Part shown: positions 38,810-50,978 of the stretch, one piece after another
How the letters are laid out: every line of letters starts with the position of its first letter
Position numbering within the stretch: position 1 is the first letter of the stretch
From: Gonapodya sp. JEL0774
Taxonomy: Eukaryota
Length of the DNA: 64,000 nucleotides
Direction of reading: 5' to 3'
Assembly: GCA_027604505.1 (NCBI GenBank)
Contig: JADIIX010000131.1
Span: 1 to 64,000, forward strand
Notes under the pieces: generated by a model
The model's database searches: none
Told to the model about the DNA's origin: nothing
What the model saw: the letters and a program-made list of their open reading frames with translations, nothing else
Made by a program: the position numbers and the translations under genes

Positions 38810-40421
38810 ATGTCTCCGCGTCCTGGAAGCTCTTCTAAGCGTGGAAAGGCCGATGACGATGATGACTTTTCGTCTGGTTCGCCAAATAGAAAGAGGCCCA
38901 AGGTTAAGCTGCTCAAAGACCTTGGCTCGGGCGACGAGAAGCCCAAAAGCAGTCGCAAAAGAGCTCCACAGAATCGAGTATGTGGTGAGTACTGCTCCAG
39001 ACTTAGTTCTCGTTGGTGGCGCCGGTGATGGGTGCGCCAAGTGGAATCCCAGGGAGCGGGCGTTGTGACTTGGGTGGGATAATGCACTGCAACAAGCCGG
39101 CCATCACAAGGCGCCTCAATTAGACCTGCCTACTACATACCAATAATGTCCTATGGTCTTTCGCATCTGGTGTTCTGTGTCACTTGCATCGTTGATGCTC
39201 GAAGGGAGTTTGGGACGAATGCCGCCACTGACCACACAAATTTTCTTCATTCCACTGCGCTCCACTACCCAAATGTGAAATTTACTTATTTTTTTGTTGT
39301 GATCCTGTGCCGGGACACGTCTGGCCTTGGCTTCGCACCTGTTCCCCGCACTTCCCTCAGAGTATTGCGGAGCCACCGAAACCCCTATCTGGCGTCGGGG
39401 ACCCCACGGCAAAGGAACTCTCTGTAATCGCTGTGGCGTCAAATGGATGACCGGAAAGATTGTTCTGGATGAAGAGGGCAACCTAAAGTACATCGGAGGT
39501 GCCCCACAATACGCTCAGCGCAAGCAGACCCGAGTCATGAACCGCAACGGAACGGGCAAGAAGAAAAGTGATGGAGGGGCTTCCTCGGCTGACGACATTG
39601 CTCGACCAAAGCCGGTCGGCCAACTCGTGAGGCCTCCGCCTGGTCCATTGCGGCCGCTGCCCCCCATTCGAGCAGGTCATCCGAGCTCGTACATGTCGGA
39701 AGCTGCTGAGCTGCTTTCTTACGAGCGGAAGAAACTCCTCTCTGATGCGATCGGCCACCTTTCGGATGACCACATCGACGAGGTCGTTGAGATCATCAAG
39801 ATGCGCGTACCTGACCTACCAACGTCCCAGCAACCCGATGACGAGGACGAAGAAGAGATAGAATTGGATATGGACACCATTGATCAGGCTACGTTGCAGC
39901 TACTCTATACGTACGTGGAGAAAATTGGAATCATCAAGGACGGCAGGCTCGTTGGCGGCGACTCCGAAACACCCATGAACGTCGTTACACCGATGAACTC
40001 ACTTCTCGGCCCTGAGTTCGCTTTCAATGGCTCGCAGGATCCTTCGTTTGCCCCTCACGGTTCTATTGTTCCGACGTTTGGGGTTCAAACCACTCGTCCC
40101 ACCCCCCGCAACCTCCCACCATATCCACCTCCCCTTGGGGCAGCTCGGTCCGCCATCGGTGCTGGTGCTAACGGCATTCCGTCAGGCTTTGTGGCTGCGG
40201 GTGTTGACGCTATGGGTGGCCTGGAAGGAATTAAGAGTCGGAGCACAAGCGACGACATCGATACTAGTTCAGGACGGGAAGGGGACGGATCCAGCATCAA
40301 AGATGACGATATGACGAGAGATGGTGATGTGAAAGATGAAGACATCTCGGACCGGGAGGACGAGGATTCTGGGGACGATGCAGAAGATCGGGAAGGGGAC
40401 GGGGACGAAGCAGTCATGTGA
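38810..40421 (+). CDS. GATA zinc finger + extra-terminal (ET) domain protein
   Basis: Exons 38810-38984 and 39361-40421 give [30 protein letters not shown] (Cx2Cx18Cx2C). ET motif [16 protein letters not shown]...VVEIIK...[22 protein letters not shown]. Confidence 0.88.
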
Positions 40422-40724
40422 CGGAGGTTGGACCTCGAATCGTTGATCATACGAGATGTTGGCGCCTCGGAACGTTGATTGGACGGAAAGTACTAAAACG
40501 GAAAACGGATGAAAACCGCACTTAATGCGTCGCGCACAGCGAAACTTCGTAGTCACAAATGTAATGCAGATCCGTTTCTTTTTGTTGCTATATAATCGTG
40601 CTTCGTGTAGATACAATCATCACTCTTTTCGGGGTATCGTGAAGTTGGACCGCACATTACAGGTGAATGGTCGACGAATGCCAATGCAAACATTAATGAG
40701 CAAAACATGAAATATCAACCCCTG

Positions 40725-43700
40725 TCAGACGGGGAATGGTGCAGGATGGAACTCTTCAGGTTTAAGAGCGGCCCATGGTTTCGCTCCACGAAACGAGTCG
40801 TACAAGTCCCTAGCGTCGTAATACCTCAGCTCATGCAATGAAAACAGACGGCACAAAACGCGAAATCCGCACCTTACGTTCTTCGCCACACTGCGCAAGC
40901 TCCAAATGCCTACACGTCGAATGCGCTTGACGCGTTCCCGGTCGTCCTCCATTAACGCGACGACTCCCTTACCCATCCCGTCCGCAAACTTGTCATAGAG
41001 ATAAGCATCAAAGACGGTCCAAGCTCCATGGAAGTGAGACTGGAAAAAAATTCGTCAACCACGGCGGGCACTTTCTCTCGTTCGGATCAAATGCACCAAC
41101 CATTGGAACTGTGAGGCTCATCTCAATGGGTACCAATGTTCTGTGCGCATTCATGTATGCCACTAATGGTCGCACCATAGTTCCTTGTAAGTAACCGATT
41201 TCCGGTGTGGCCAGTGGGACTGCGGCCTTGAGATTGTTCATCCGGATGCGGTAAAAAAACTGAACAGTCTGTTCGTCTGCAAAGATTGGAGGATCTGCGG
41301 AAGAATGAGGCACTGGTCGTCCTGTCGAGTCCGTGATATGTGATGTGGCAGCAGAGGCTTGAGCTACTGTCATATCCGAGTGAACACGGGCTGCAGCCTT
41401 CACTCGGTTCTGTTGATGCATCTTCCGCCATAGAGGATTTTGCATGAAAACATCTTCGACAGACTCTTCTATGCGTGTCTGAAGCGTTCGACCGGGAGTA
41501 CTCTCCTCGTTATGATGTATGAGCACGGGGAGCTCCCCATCGATAGTTGCTTTGATATCCCTCACGACAGGGTCTGTGATAATGGATTGAGCAGCATTTT
41601 GCGGTGTGGACACTACATCCGATCCATCTGCTTTGTCTTGTATCCGATCAATTATATCCTTTGCCTCGTGCGCCACAACACCTAGGATAGAATTTAGAGG
41701 ATTGGAGGAAGGGAGAAGAATCTTGCAGTCAATATCAACGTTCCCGCTCGTGATCCAAGCAAACGGCCCTATTGTATTGTTGTTGAGGTGGTCTATTGGA
41801 ACATGGTCGATTCGCGCGTGAGTCTGAATTTCAAACTGCATGTTGGGGATTCGATCACAGGAAAAGGTCCAGCAAACTGGAACCTACCAGAACGGTACCC
41901 GGAGGACATCGTGCAAGGAGCTCGTCGTCTTCAAGAGTCCAGTTCTCAGCCACACCCCGTGATCCAGCGCTGATGGCTCTCGGCAAGTCTGCACTCCCAG
42001 TGCCAAACTTCCTTTTCCTGAGACTAAACAAACAATTATCAAACATTCCAACCATTGCATCGGCGTTCAATAAGTCAAACAAGAACCACTCCCACCGCAA
42101 TTGTGGGGTTTCGAGATTAAATACTGAGAGTGTAAACGGTCGGAAATTGGGTTGATAAACGGTAACAAGGACATCTTGTACCGTGAACCGATCCATCTCG
42201 AAGAATCCAGGTACGTTTGCTGCCCGCGAGACATCCGCGGACCAATTTATCCCAGTGAAATCGACATGTCGCCTGTCGATAACACCTTGGACGTTCTTGA
42301 TCGCACAGTCTTTGACGAGACCCTTTCCTGCGGAGCCAAGTTTCCGAGTGATCATGAAGAAGTGAACATAGTACACCCCGACATCCGTCTCACCTTCGAG
42401 AGCACGCCATAGGCTCAGAGTGAGATCCAGTTCTCCGATTAAAACTTCGAAAACCATGAAATTTTTCTCCGAGCGAATGAGCCCGGTTTCTTCATCGAAC
42501 TCATCCCCAGGTTCCACTTGGGCTCCGACCTTCCTTGCTGTCACCTTTTCGGGGTATTTCTTTCTCCAAAGATCGTAGTGACGTTTCTCCGATTCAAAAG
42601 TTCTTCGGACTGTGACGTTGTTAAGGCGAATGACCCCTTCACGCCATTGCGGTACGATTCCCGACTCAAAGGAGATGTCGGTCCATGTTATGTCGGAGAT
42701 ATACTGTGCAACGAGGCGAGAAATCATGTCTATAAACGTTATCATGTGACAGCAATCAAGTTAGATTAGCAACTCCCACTTGTTGCGATTAGGCTCGATA
42801 ACGTACCTTGGAAAGGGAGACTATTGATCACCATCAATATCAAGCTAATGAAGGTCGTGGTGGCCACCAGAATGAAGAAAAACTGGCTAAACACCATCAA
42901 GCTGATGACAGCCAGTATGTCATCCGCCCGCCATGCACGCCAAGTGTGTCCTAAGAGAACCATTCGCACACGGAGTTTCAATCGAGGCCAGAAACCTTGG
43001 GCAGCTTTGACGAGGTCTGCCATCTTGGGTGGATGTTGCAGCATCTCTGCAGACCTTAAAGATGCCGAGTAGATACGCGAAGAAACTTGGGAAGCTGATG
43101 TGAAAAGTGCTGATGCTGTGGTGACTGGCTTCGCAGGCGCCTTCGTGGCTGCGGTGGGTTCGTCTTGTTCGGATTTAGTATCATGTGCAGGATCAGACTC
43201 CGATTGCAGGGAGGATGATCGCATTGCCCGACGTTGCCCGGTATCTCTAGCAGACAATGTTTCGGCGGTGGGTATTTGGCAAGGAATGGAAAATGACCGA
43301 TTGCGTGCAGCCATCGTCAGCGAGCGAGAGCAGAACCCTGAGTGGCGCATAGAAGAATACCCAAGGGGATTGTTGAGTGTTGGGTTTGTCCATAACAAGT
43401 CGGAGTTTGCGCAGGATCTCCTCAAATGAAGTCCAAGCGGGATTAGGCTGACATCATTCCGTTGGTCGATATTTGAGTGAGAAAACGTGCCTCGACGGGA
43501 ATATAGACCACGATCAAAGATCCATGACGTCTCTTCGATCTTGTCTGGTTTTCTGTCCTCCACTAGCAAACCAAAAGAGGCAGGCCCCGCATGTATTCCG
43601 TACGCATACGGCGGGGGGCGAATCCGCGTGGTGGAAAGTGAAGAGGGTTTGGGCAATGTTCGTCGCGACAGATTGCAGTTGATTCGAAGAAGCAACTTTC

Positions 43701-43740
43701 CCGACACGACGTGCGACTCCGAGAGCATGCGCATGCTCAT
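40725..43740 (-). CDS. MDM31: Mitochondrial distribution and morphology protein 31/32 family
   Basis: Motifs RAWRADDILA, ATTTFISLIL..INS, ISFESGIVPQWREGVIRLNNV.V.R, GKGLVKD, GMFDNCLFSL, RIDHVPIDHLN, GPFAWITSG.VDI, VRPLVAYMN and R.KRIRRVGIWSL. Confidence 0.92.
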
Positions 43741-43936
43741 CCCTGCAGCGATTCAGGAGAGTATGCACCCGCCGGCTTCAGCGAAACATGGTCCAGCTGC
43801 AACGCTACAACTGCCCTTGTTGTCTATTACTGTATGTACCTCATTCTCGTCATACAAGAGCCACTCACGGCACATGAGTAAACTTTTAGGCGCATAAAAT
43901 TTTTCTGAATGAATGCGGATGTAATATTTTTCGTGT

Positions 43937-45090
43937 TTAAGCGCCACCAATATTGAACAGCATCCCGCCCTTTCCAGTTGGGAGGTAAGACACATTCTTA
44001 GAGTTGGCCAGTGTCCCTGCAATCTCCTTGCTAGCTTCAATTCGGCGAAGCTCAACGAGCCCCATCCCAGCCTTTTGCAGGGAGTTTGAAATGAGCTCAG
44101 CCGCTTGTGCTTCACCCTCCGCACGAATAACAGCAGCCTGCTTCTCTTGCTCTGCCATCTCAACAACAAAACGGGCACGCTCAGCTTCTTGTTGAGCTGC
44201 AGGTTTCGAAAATAAGCGAGTGTTAAACCTCTCAATCTGACTGTGTATGTATCTCTTCAACACAAAGAAAACCAACCAATTTGCTTCTGCTCTACGGCTT
44301 TCGTAAAGTCCTGCCCGAAAGTCAAATGAGTCTGCAATCATGTTGTGAAGTGAGTTCAACGACCTTGAAGCAATATCTCATAGCGAGTGCACTACACTCA
44401 CAATCGAGACGTCCTCCAGGACAATGTTGAATTCCTTAGCCCTTTTCATCAGGTCCTCTCGAATACGGTGCGAAACCTGTTCAGGTGCTGCGCGTCGGAC
44501 AAGAGAAACTCGCGGTAGGCAGTGATTCTCTGTCACGTACCAGTTCTCGCTGAGTAATGAGCTCCCCTGCATCAAACTGCGCTACGATAGCCTTTAATAC
44601 CTCGTTCCCGATACTGGGTAGTACCCGTTCATCGTAGTCCAGACCAAGGTTTTGGTAAATCAGTGGTACTTGCGTGTAGTCAGGACGGTGGAGTACCCTC
44701 AAAGTCAACGAAACCATTTGCATGTCCTTGGAACCGGTATTTGTCGCAATATTGCGGGGACGTGTTCGAACATCCATCAGTATAGCGCGTTGGAGCCAGG
44801 GGACAAGAAAATGTGTTCCTTCCCCCACTGGCTCGGGGAGAACACCACGAACACGATCGAATAGAACCGCACGGTGGCCCCCTTGAACTATCAATTTGAA
44901 ATGTGCGGTTTATAATTGTGTAATGTTACCGAGTGAATGGTTGGGTCATTTCGATTCTTTACAAATTCAAAACTTCCGGCGACATACCATCGTACATGGA
45001 GTATTGAAGCCCTGTGATGGCCGCACCAATTGGAAGCGCCCAGCGCCCAAGGCGCTCTAAGAGAGCTGCGGCTGCCTGTTGTCCTGCCAT
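43937..45090 (-). CDS. PHB1: Prohibitin 1
   Basis: Motifs [68 protein letters not shown] and [13 protein letters not shown]. Confidence 0.97.
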
Positions 45091-45195
45091 GTTAGTTTTA
45101 TGCGTTGAAGTTAGCACACGTGTCCATCGGGGGCACAGAACTGTGGTTGTGTCGATGTGCACATCGAGGTATCTCAAGAAATAATCTCTATTATT

Positions 45196-46247
45196 CTATA
45201 TGTCCCCTCTTTCTTTCGATAGTTTCCCATGAACGCAACTGAGAACTAGTCGTCTTATAGTCTCGGCCCCTCCTCCACCCACTAACTCTTGTGCACGCAT
45301 CCACTCATCAAAAGTAAACACTCCTATCGACTCCGCTGTGCTCAATTTTTGCGCTCTGCTATGCAACAAAGTCCCATTCCCAGTTTCGGGGGATCGCTGA
45401 TCAAACACAAAAACGTGGTTGGACTTGCAAGAACTCGCCATGCTTTCAGCTAATGTAGGATCAATGAGGAAGACGGTTCTGTGATCCACGTCGTCTATTC
45501 GTAATGTACCGTCATTGAGCGAAGTACTGTGGACAGAAACGCTCAATGAGATTGGAGTGTGATGCAGGGGAACTCCAGCATCCAAGAGAGCGAGCAAGAT
45601 GGCGGAGAAGGCACAAGACAGTAACTAATGAGTTCCGTAGATTCAAAGAGGATGGGTGGTTTTCGCTTATCCGGTGGCCAGTTTAAGCATTGTGAAGATG
45701 TTACTTACAGACCCGTCGTCGCTGATAACCTGGACAGTAATCGAAATCAAAGTACGTGGGTGTAGCGGCGTTACAATCGCTGATTCGAAACAATCCCGGA
45801 GAATCCGCTCATACGATGTTTCGGTGATACCTGGTGGTCAGACCATGAAGAGCACTGTCGACAGAAAACTTTTCTGCTCACGGGCATGGCTCACCTGGTA
45901 GCCCCACGATAGGCTTCCAGATTACTTCCACTGTAGCTTTATCAAGCTTTTCATCCCGAATTCTCACTTCTTTGGGTCCATACACCGATGCAATGACCTC
46001 GGTATTGCCTTCCCGTCGCGATTCATTTGGGAATGGCAACCACAATAGCGCCGGTAGCAAAATTTAGCAAATATCCACATGTTACTTCCACAGAAGGTGT
46101 GGATCCCCAGCGTCAAACCGCGATCTCATATTGGATCGCACCTGTTCTCGCTTTTCCGGAACCATCCGCTTTCGAAAGCACCCCAAGGCCCAGTGTGACT
46201 GGCCGCAGTTGCGATGGATTTCGCCCGTCTGCTCGCTCAATACTCAT
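45196..46247 (-). CDS. RRP46: Exosome complex RNase PH-like subunit Rrp46/EXOSC5
   Basis: Motifs RADGRNPSQLRP...LSKADGS, VIASVYGPKEVRIRDE..DKATVEV, HPRTLISITVQVISDDGS, LALLDAGVPL and IDPT..E. Confidence 0.9.
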
Positions 46248-46555
46248 TTGGTGATTCGTCGTTTTCTTCCTGTACAATATAAAGCACTCACTACGGCACC
46301 CTTCATGAATGCGCAGCTCCAATCACCGGATGGAATGCAGAAAATCTCACTGGCGCGAACAACTAGTATGCAGAAAGTATTCAGGGGATGACTGAATGCA
46401 GAGGAGCTCCCGTCAAAATGTTGCTTTGTTGTGTCAACGCATTTCGGGCATTCTCATTATTCACTTTCAATAATATCACTAGATATATGCGAGTGATTAA
46501 GTTATGTTTCGTGGAAAGTTCGAACTCATCTTGAGCCGGTCAGGGTAGCGATCGG

Positions 46556-47177
46556 ATGAATCAAATCAACGAGACGTTGATCGCGACGCGGAACATCCGT
46601 GATGCAGCCATTGTTCGGAGAAAGGACGGGGTGATCAAGGCAAAGACGCTTGGATTCTTTGTGAGTCTCGCTTTTCCGCAAGCGTAACCAGTCACCAGTG
46701 GAACACCACGAGGCTCCCGTAATCGTTACTTAATATGATCCCACTCTCGCATTCCTTTAAGCTCGTCAATGATGAGCTAAGCCGAATGTCAGCTGCGATG
46801 GACAATTCCCAGCATGCCCGATCGAACGGCTTCGAGCTAATGGGAACGCACTACAAAGCAGTGAGAGCGGATGGATTGTCATTGTACGGGAAAAACGTAA
46901 GCACATTCAGAGGTGTGTTCAAGATCGACTACCTTGAGAAAGAGACATCATACCGTTTTCATCACCTGGCGCCAGGAGAGCGCTGGCGTCATCTGCTCGA
47001 GAACGACAGACTTTTTCGTGATAGGAACTTATGACGCTGCAACAATGCAACCAGCCATCGCTGTCGAGGCCGTGGAAAAACTGGTATGACTACAATGAAG
47101 TGCGGGTTGACAGCAATTGCCCACTTAAACAATGTCCGTGGCAACAGGCAGAGTACTTGAGACAAAAGTCCAAATGA
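46556..47177 (+). CDS. Profilin, PFN4-like
   Basis: Four exons: MNQINETLIATRNIRDAAIVR...GF|...GFELMGTHYKAVRADGLSLYGKN|ESAGVICSRT..FVIGTYD..MQPAIAVEAVEKL|AEYLRQKSK*. Confidence 0.88.
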
Positions 47178-47516
47178 ATATTTCCATTTACGCGGTGCAA
47201 CAGAACCCGTTAGTGCATGGTAACATCAAAGTCGCGACTGAACATTGAACTTCAGTGCCCGGAGCGATTTCAATTTCAATACTGCAATCACTGAAATGTA
47301 TTGGATTTATTACCTATCATCTATCATACAGTAGCACAAGACTGGGATTCTGAGAGGGAAAGGCGATGTTTCATATGTATTTACGATAAATTGCAGGACC
47401 CTCCCCCCTGAGGGGGATACACCAACTCTAACCCTCCCGCCTCGGGGATTCATACCTCTGAGAAACTTTTCGATTCAGCCAAACTCCTCTCCCTTCTGCT
47501 CGAGCCCCCACTAGCC

Positions 47517-48411
47517 ATGCCTCCTGGCTCAGCATTCTTTACCGACGCGCAGAGTGAGGGTCCACCTGCTAACATCCCAGTCCATCAGTTCAGCCGAGAA
47601 TGCTCACATGGCCCACCATCTTTTCACCTGAATTGTGTTTTTTGGACTTGACTGGACGAATGCTGATGCAGAAATTGGGGTCGGGTTGACAGCGTTTGGA
47701 GTCTTTTTTATGTTCCTCGGAATTCTGCTTTTCTTTGATTCTGGGCTGCTGGCGATTGGAAACGTATGTAATGAAAGCAATTACCACTTGATGAGACTAC
47801 GTGGGGTATCTGTTTCGAAAGCCCATCCAGCTCAGATGGGGGGGATTGCTTTCATTCTGAAACCAACCATCTCTCATATTTCAACAATGTGCAGATACTG
47901 TTCCTCTCTGGGATCACTCTTATAATCGGATTAACATCCACAATTCAATTTTTTTTCCGACGGCGAGATAAGCTTCGTGGTACCATTGCATTCTTCCTGG
48001 GGATTGTTCTCGTGTTCGTGCGGTGGCCAGTCACTGGCATGTTTGTAGAGCTAGCAGGATTCGTAAATCTCTTTGGGTGAGAATTCCTCTCGTTCGGCAT
48101 GGAGTGAGATATGTAGTGCTAACACTCATCTCTTTCCTTTCCATTAACATGTTCTAGGGATTTCTTCCCAGTCGTGTTGAACTTTCTGTGAGTCATATAT
48201 CACTTTTCTTCACCGAATCAGATTTTGAGACTTTGACCTCCTTGTGTAGACGCCGATTGCCTGTCATTGGTGATTATCCCAGACTTTCAGCCTGTTGCAT
48301 CACTTGCAAACGTACTGACGAATCCGTCGTTTCCCAGGCAATTTTCTAAATCTACCAGTTATATCTCCCGTAATGGACCGATTAGCTGGCGGCAGAAAAC
48401 TTCCCGTGTAA
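47517..48411 (+). CDS. GOT1: Golgi transport protein Got1
   Basis: [41 protein letters not shown]...[24 protein letters not shown]|...LPV*. Confidence 0.95.
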
Positions 48412-48842
48412 ATTCGTGTCCCCTAGATGCACATACGTACACGTACTTAACCAGAATGCACGACTAAACCAATGCAAGTACTGAACCAATCAATGGAACG
48501 CACGCGAGAATAAAGGTCACGGTTGGACTCAAAGTTCTCACTTTTGCCACGGCCAGAAGTCACGAATGATCACTTAGTGAGGAGGTTCCGCCTTTTTGCT
48601 CATACATAAAATGTGTACTCAGAATGTAACTAGAGCATATGACCTCCCATGTGCTTTCAGCTTGCGAGAGTGGGAATCGAAATGAATAGAGTCTGCGGAA
48701 AAAGAACAAATGATTGATGAAACAACGTGTTGGGGTCGGGTACTGGTTTAGCCGGCGGTGAGTCATGATGGTCACATAAAAGGACGACGTCCATCACTCA
48801 GCACTCACGCACAAGCAAGTCAAAACACATCAAGCAAAAACA

Positions 48843-50194
48843 ATGATCTCCGAACAAACCGTAATTGAGACCCCCACTCCAACTCCCGGCGAGGGTCCCC
48901 TTCCCATCACCCGTGCCGAAACCCAAATCATCGCGGTTCGTTCGAACTCTTTCAAATCTGCCTTGTTCCCGTTTGACCCTTCATCCTTCTAATCATTCTT
49001 GACATATTTGCGTAACACCCTCCTTTTCTCCACTGCCCGCCATCCTTTGACGTTACCCTGTAACTTCACTCGTCTCCCAGGACCATCCCGCTCCTCACGT
49101 CGAAAACCAGAGCCAAATTACGCGTGTACTCGTAATATCTCTTGACAGCTCAAGTGAGTGCTCTCTTCTCCCTCGTTACTTGCACAAAAGTGATAATGAT
49201 CGCCATCACTCTCGCCCAGTCCACTCCCAATATGCTTTTCAATGGTCAATCGAAAACTTCATCAAGCCGGAAAGCGATTTGGTTGTCCTCGTAAATGTGA
49301 GGCCAGTCGCCACGATACCTTCACCTTACGGAACATCGTGAGTATGATTTATGGACAAAGAGGAATCGTAGAAAATTGGAATTGAGTCCATTCGCGGTGG
49401 TTAGCGGGAAACCGGAATGTATTTTTGCGTTCAGATGAGCCAACTTGTTTGAGCCGGGATAGTCACCAACCACCACTCTCCACAGCTACATGGATTTCAC
49501 CGACTACCTCGTTCAAATCGAAGAACAACATCGCATCGGTACGTGTTTAATGTATTGCATTTAAACTTTTCGGCTTCGTGGCTCACGTCCCATTTCGAAC
49601 GCCACTTCAGCTTCGCATCTTCTCCTCCAGGCTTACGCCCAAAGATTGAAGAAGAAGCACATTTCCGTCAAAGCTATTGCCATGCGTGGCGATCCGCGTG
49701 ATGAAGTGGTACGCAAGGTTACAGAATTGGATGCGGATGTTTTGATTATGGGTTCTCGCGGGATGGGAGCATTAAAAAGGTGTGTTTCAGACATAAAAAA
49801 GTTATCGGAGTCCCTGCGATGGCCAGAAACTGCAATTTGGGATGTTGTAGCCGGGGCTCTTGTGGGGCTTTTCGTTTTGGTTTGTTTGTCTTGGTTTCGA
49901 AGTTAATCTCTGTGCATCCTCCCCACTGCACTCCACCATTCAGAGCATTCATTGGCAGTGTATCAGATGTACGTATCCTGATCACCCCTGATCACCCCTT
50001 GCTCATATCACTCAACCACCGTACTCTCCGATCCTCTTTCTAATCTCTTTTAGCACCTCGTCCACCACTCCCCATGCGCAGTTGTGATCGCGAAAACTCC
50101 CGCTGATTGGCAACCCACTGATCCGATTGTGATAGCTCAGCCAAGTGCTCCTGCTGCAACAGCAGGTGCACCACCCGCAACTCCATCTTCGTAA
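48843..50194 (+). CDS. Universal stress protein (Usp) family
   Basis: RVLVISLDSS..SQYAFQWSIEN and GDPRDEVVRKVTELDADVLIMGSRGMGALK|RAFIGSVSD|HLVHHSPCAVVI; many short introns. Confidence 0.92.
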
Positions 50195-50659
50195 AAGCGG
50201 CTTGGAAGATGATTTTCGTGAAGGGCGAATGGCAAGATGTTTCGTTGGCTTATTTCTCCACTTTGCTGTTGTTGTTCAGAAGGAGATTCGAATATAGAGA
50301 GTTTCGTGAAATAGTATCAGTACTGCAGAATGTATTCTGTTTTTGTGAAAACAGTGGATGATCTCCTTCGCCCAGTACATAGAATTTGCCTCTCAGCCCC
50401 TCATTAATCAAAACAGGTGCAGTCTGTTTTGTTGCCCGCCTCGTTGACGCCACAACTTCAGAGAAGTCTGGGGCAGCCATGTAAGTGTTGGTTTAGGTAC
50501 TCCAAGGAAGGCGAGGGAGCTTCATATGTGTAGTGGGTGTGATCAAGTGCCTTGTTAAAGCTCTAGATCAAACGGAATGTCCAAATGGAAACGATGAGAA
50601 TGAGTGGACGAGAATTGGAAAGGAGAGGAGCACAGAGATGGTTCCACAAGACGAGGAAG

Positions 50660-50862
50660 ACAAGGTAGGGGTAAGTTAGAGGGGAGAGGATGAGGAGGAT
50701 GCATGTGAGGATGGGGTAAGTTAGAGGGGGGAGGATGAGGAGGGTGCATGTGAGGATGGGGTAAGTTTGTGGTGGAAGTGAGAGCAGGAGAGGAGAGGAG
50801 GAGAGGAGGAGAGGAGGAGAGGAGGAGAGGAGGAGAGGAGGAGAGGAGAGGAGCAGAGGAGG
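50660..50862. repeat. ~45-bp direct repeat plus (GAGAGGAG)n purine microsatellite downstream of the SPS stop codon
   Basis: gggtaagttagaggg...gaggatgaggagg.tgcatgtgaggatg occurs twice, followed by a GGAGA/GAG run at 50785-50862. Confidence 0.85.
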
Positions 50863-50978
50863 AAAGCCAGCATAAATGTCGCCCCGCGAAAGTTCACACA
50901 AATAGGTCCTAATCCACGATATCAACCACACACGCATAATAAGACAAATGCCATTGACCGATTTGGCGACTCTTTCAT

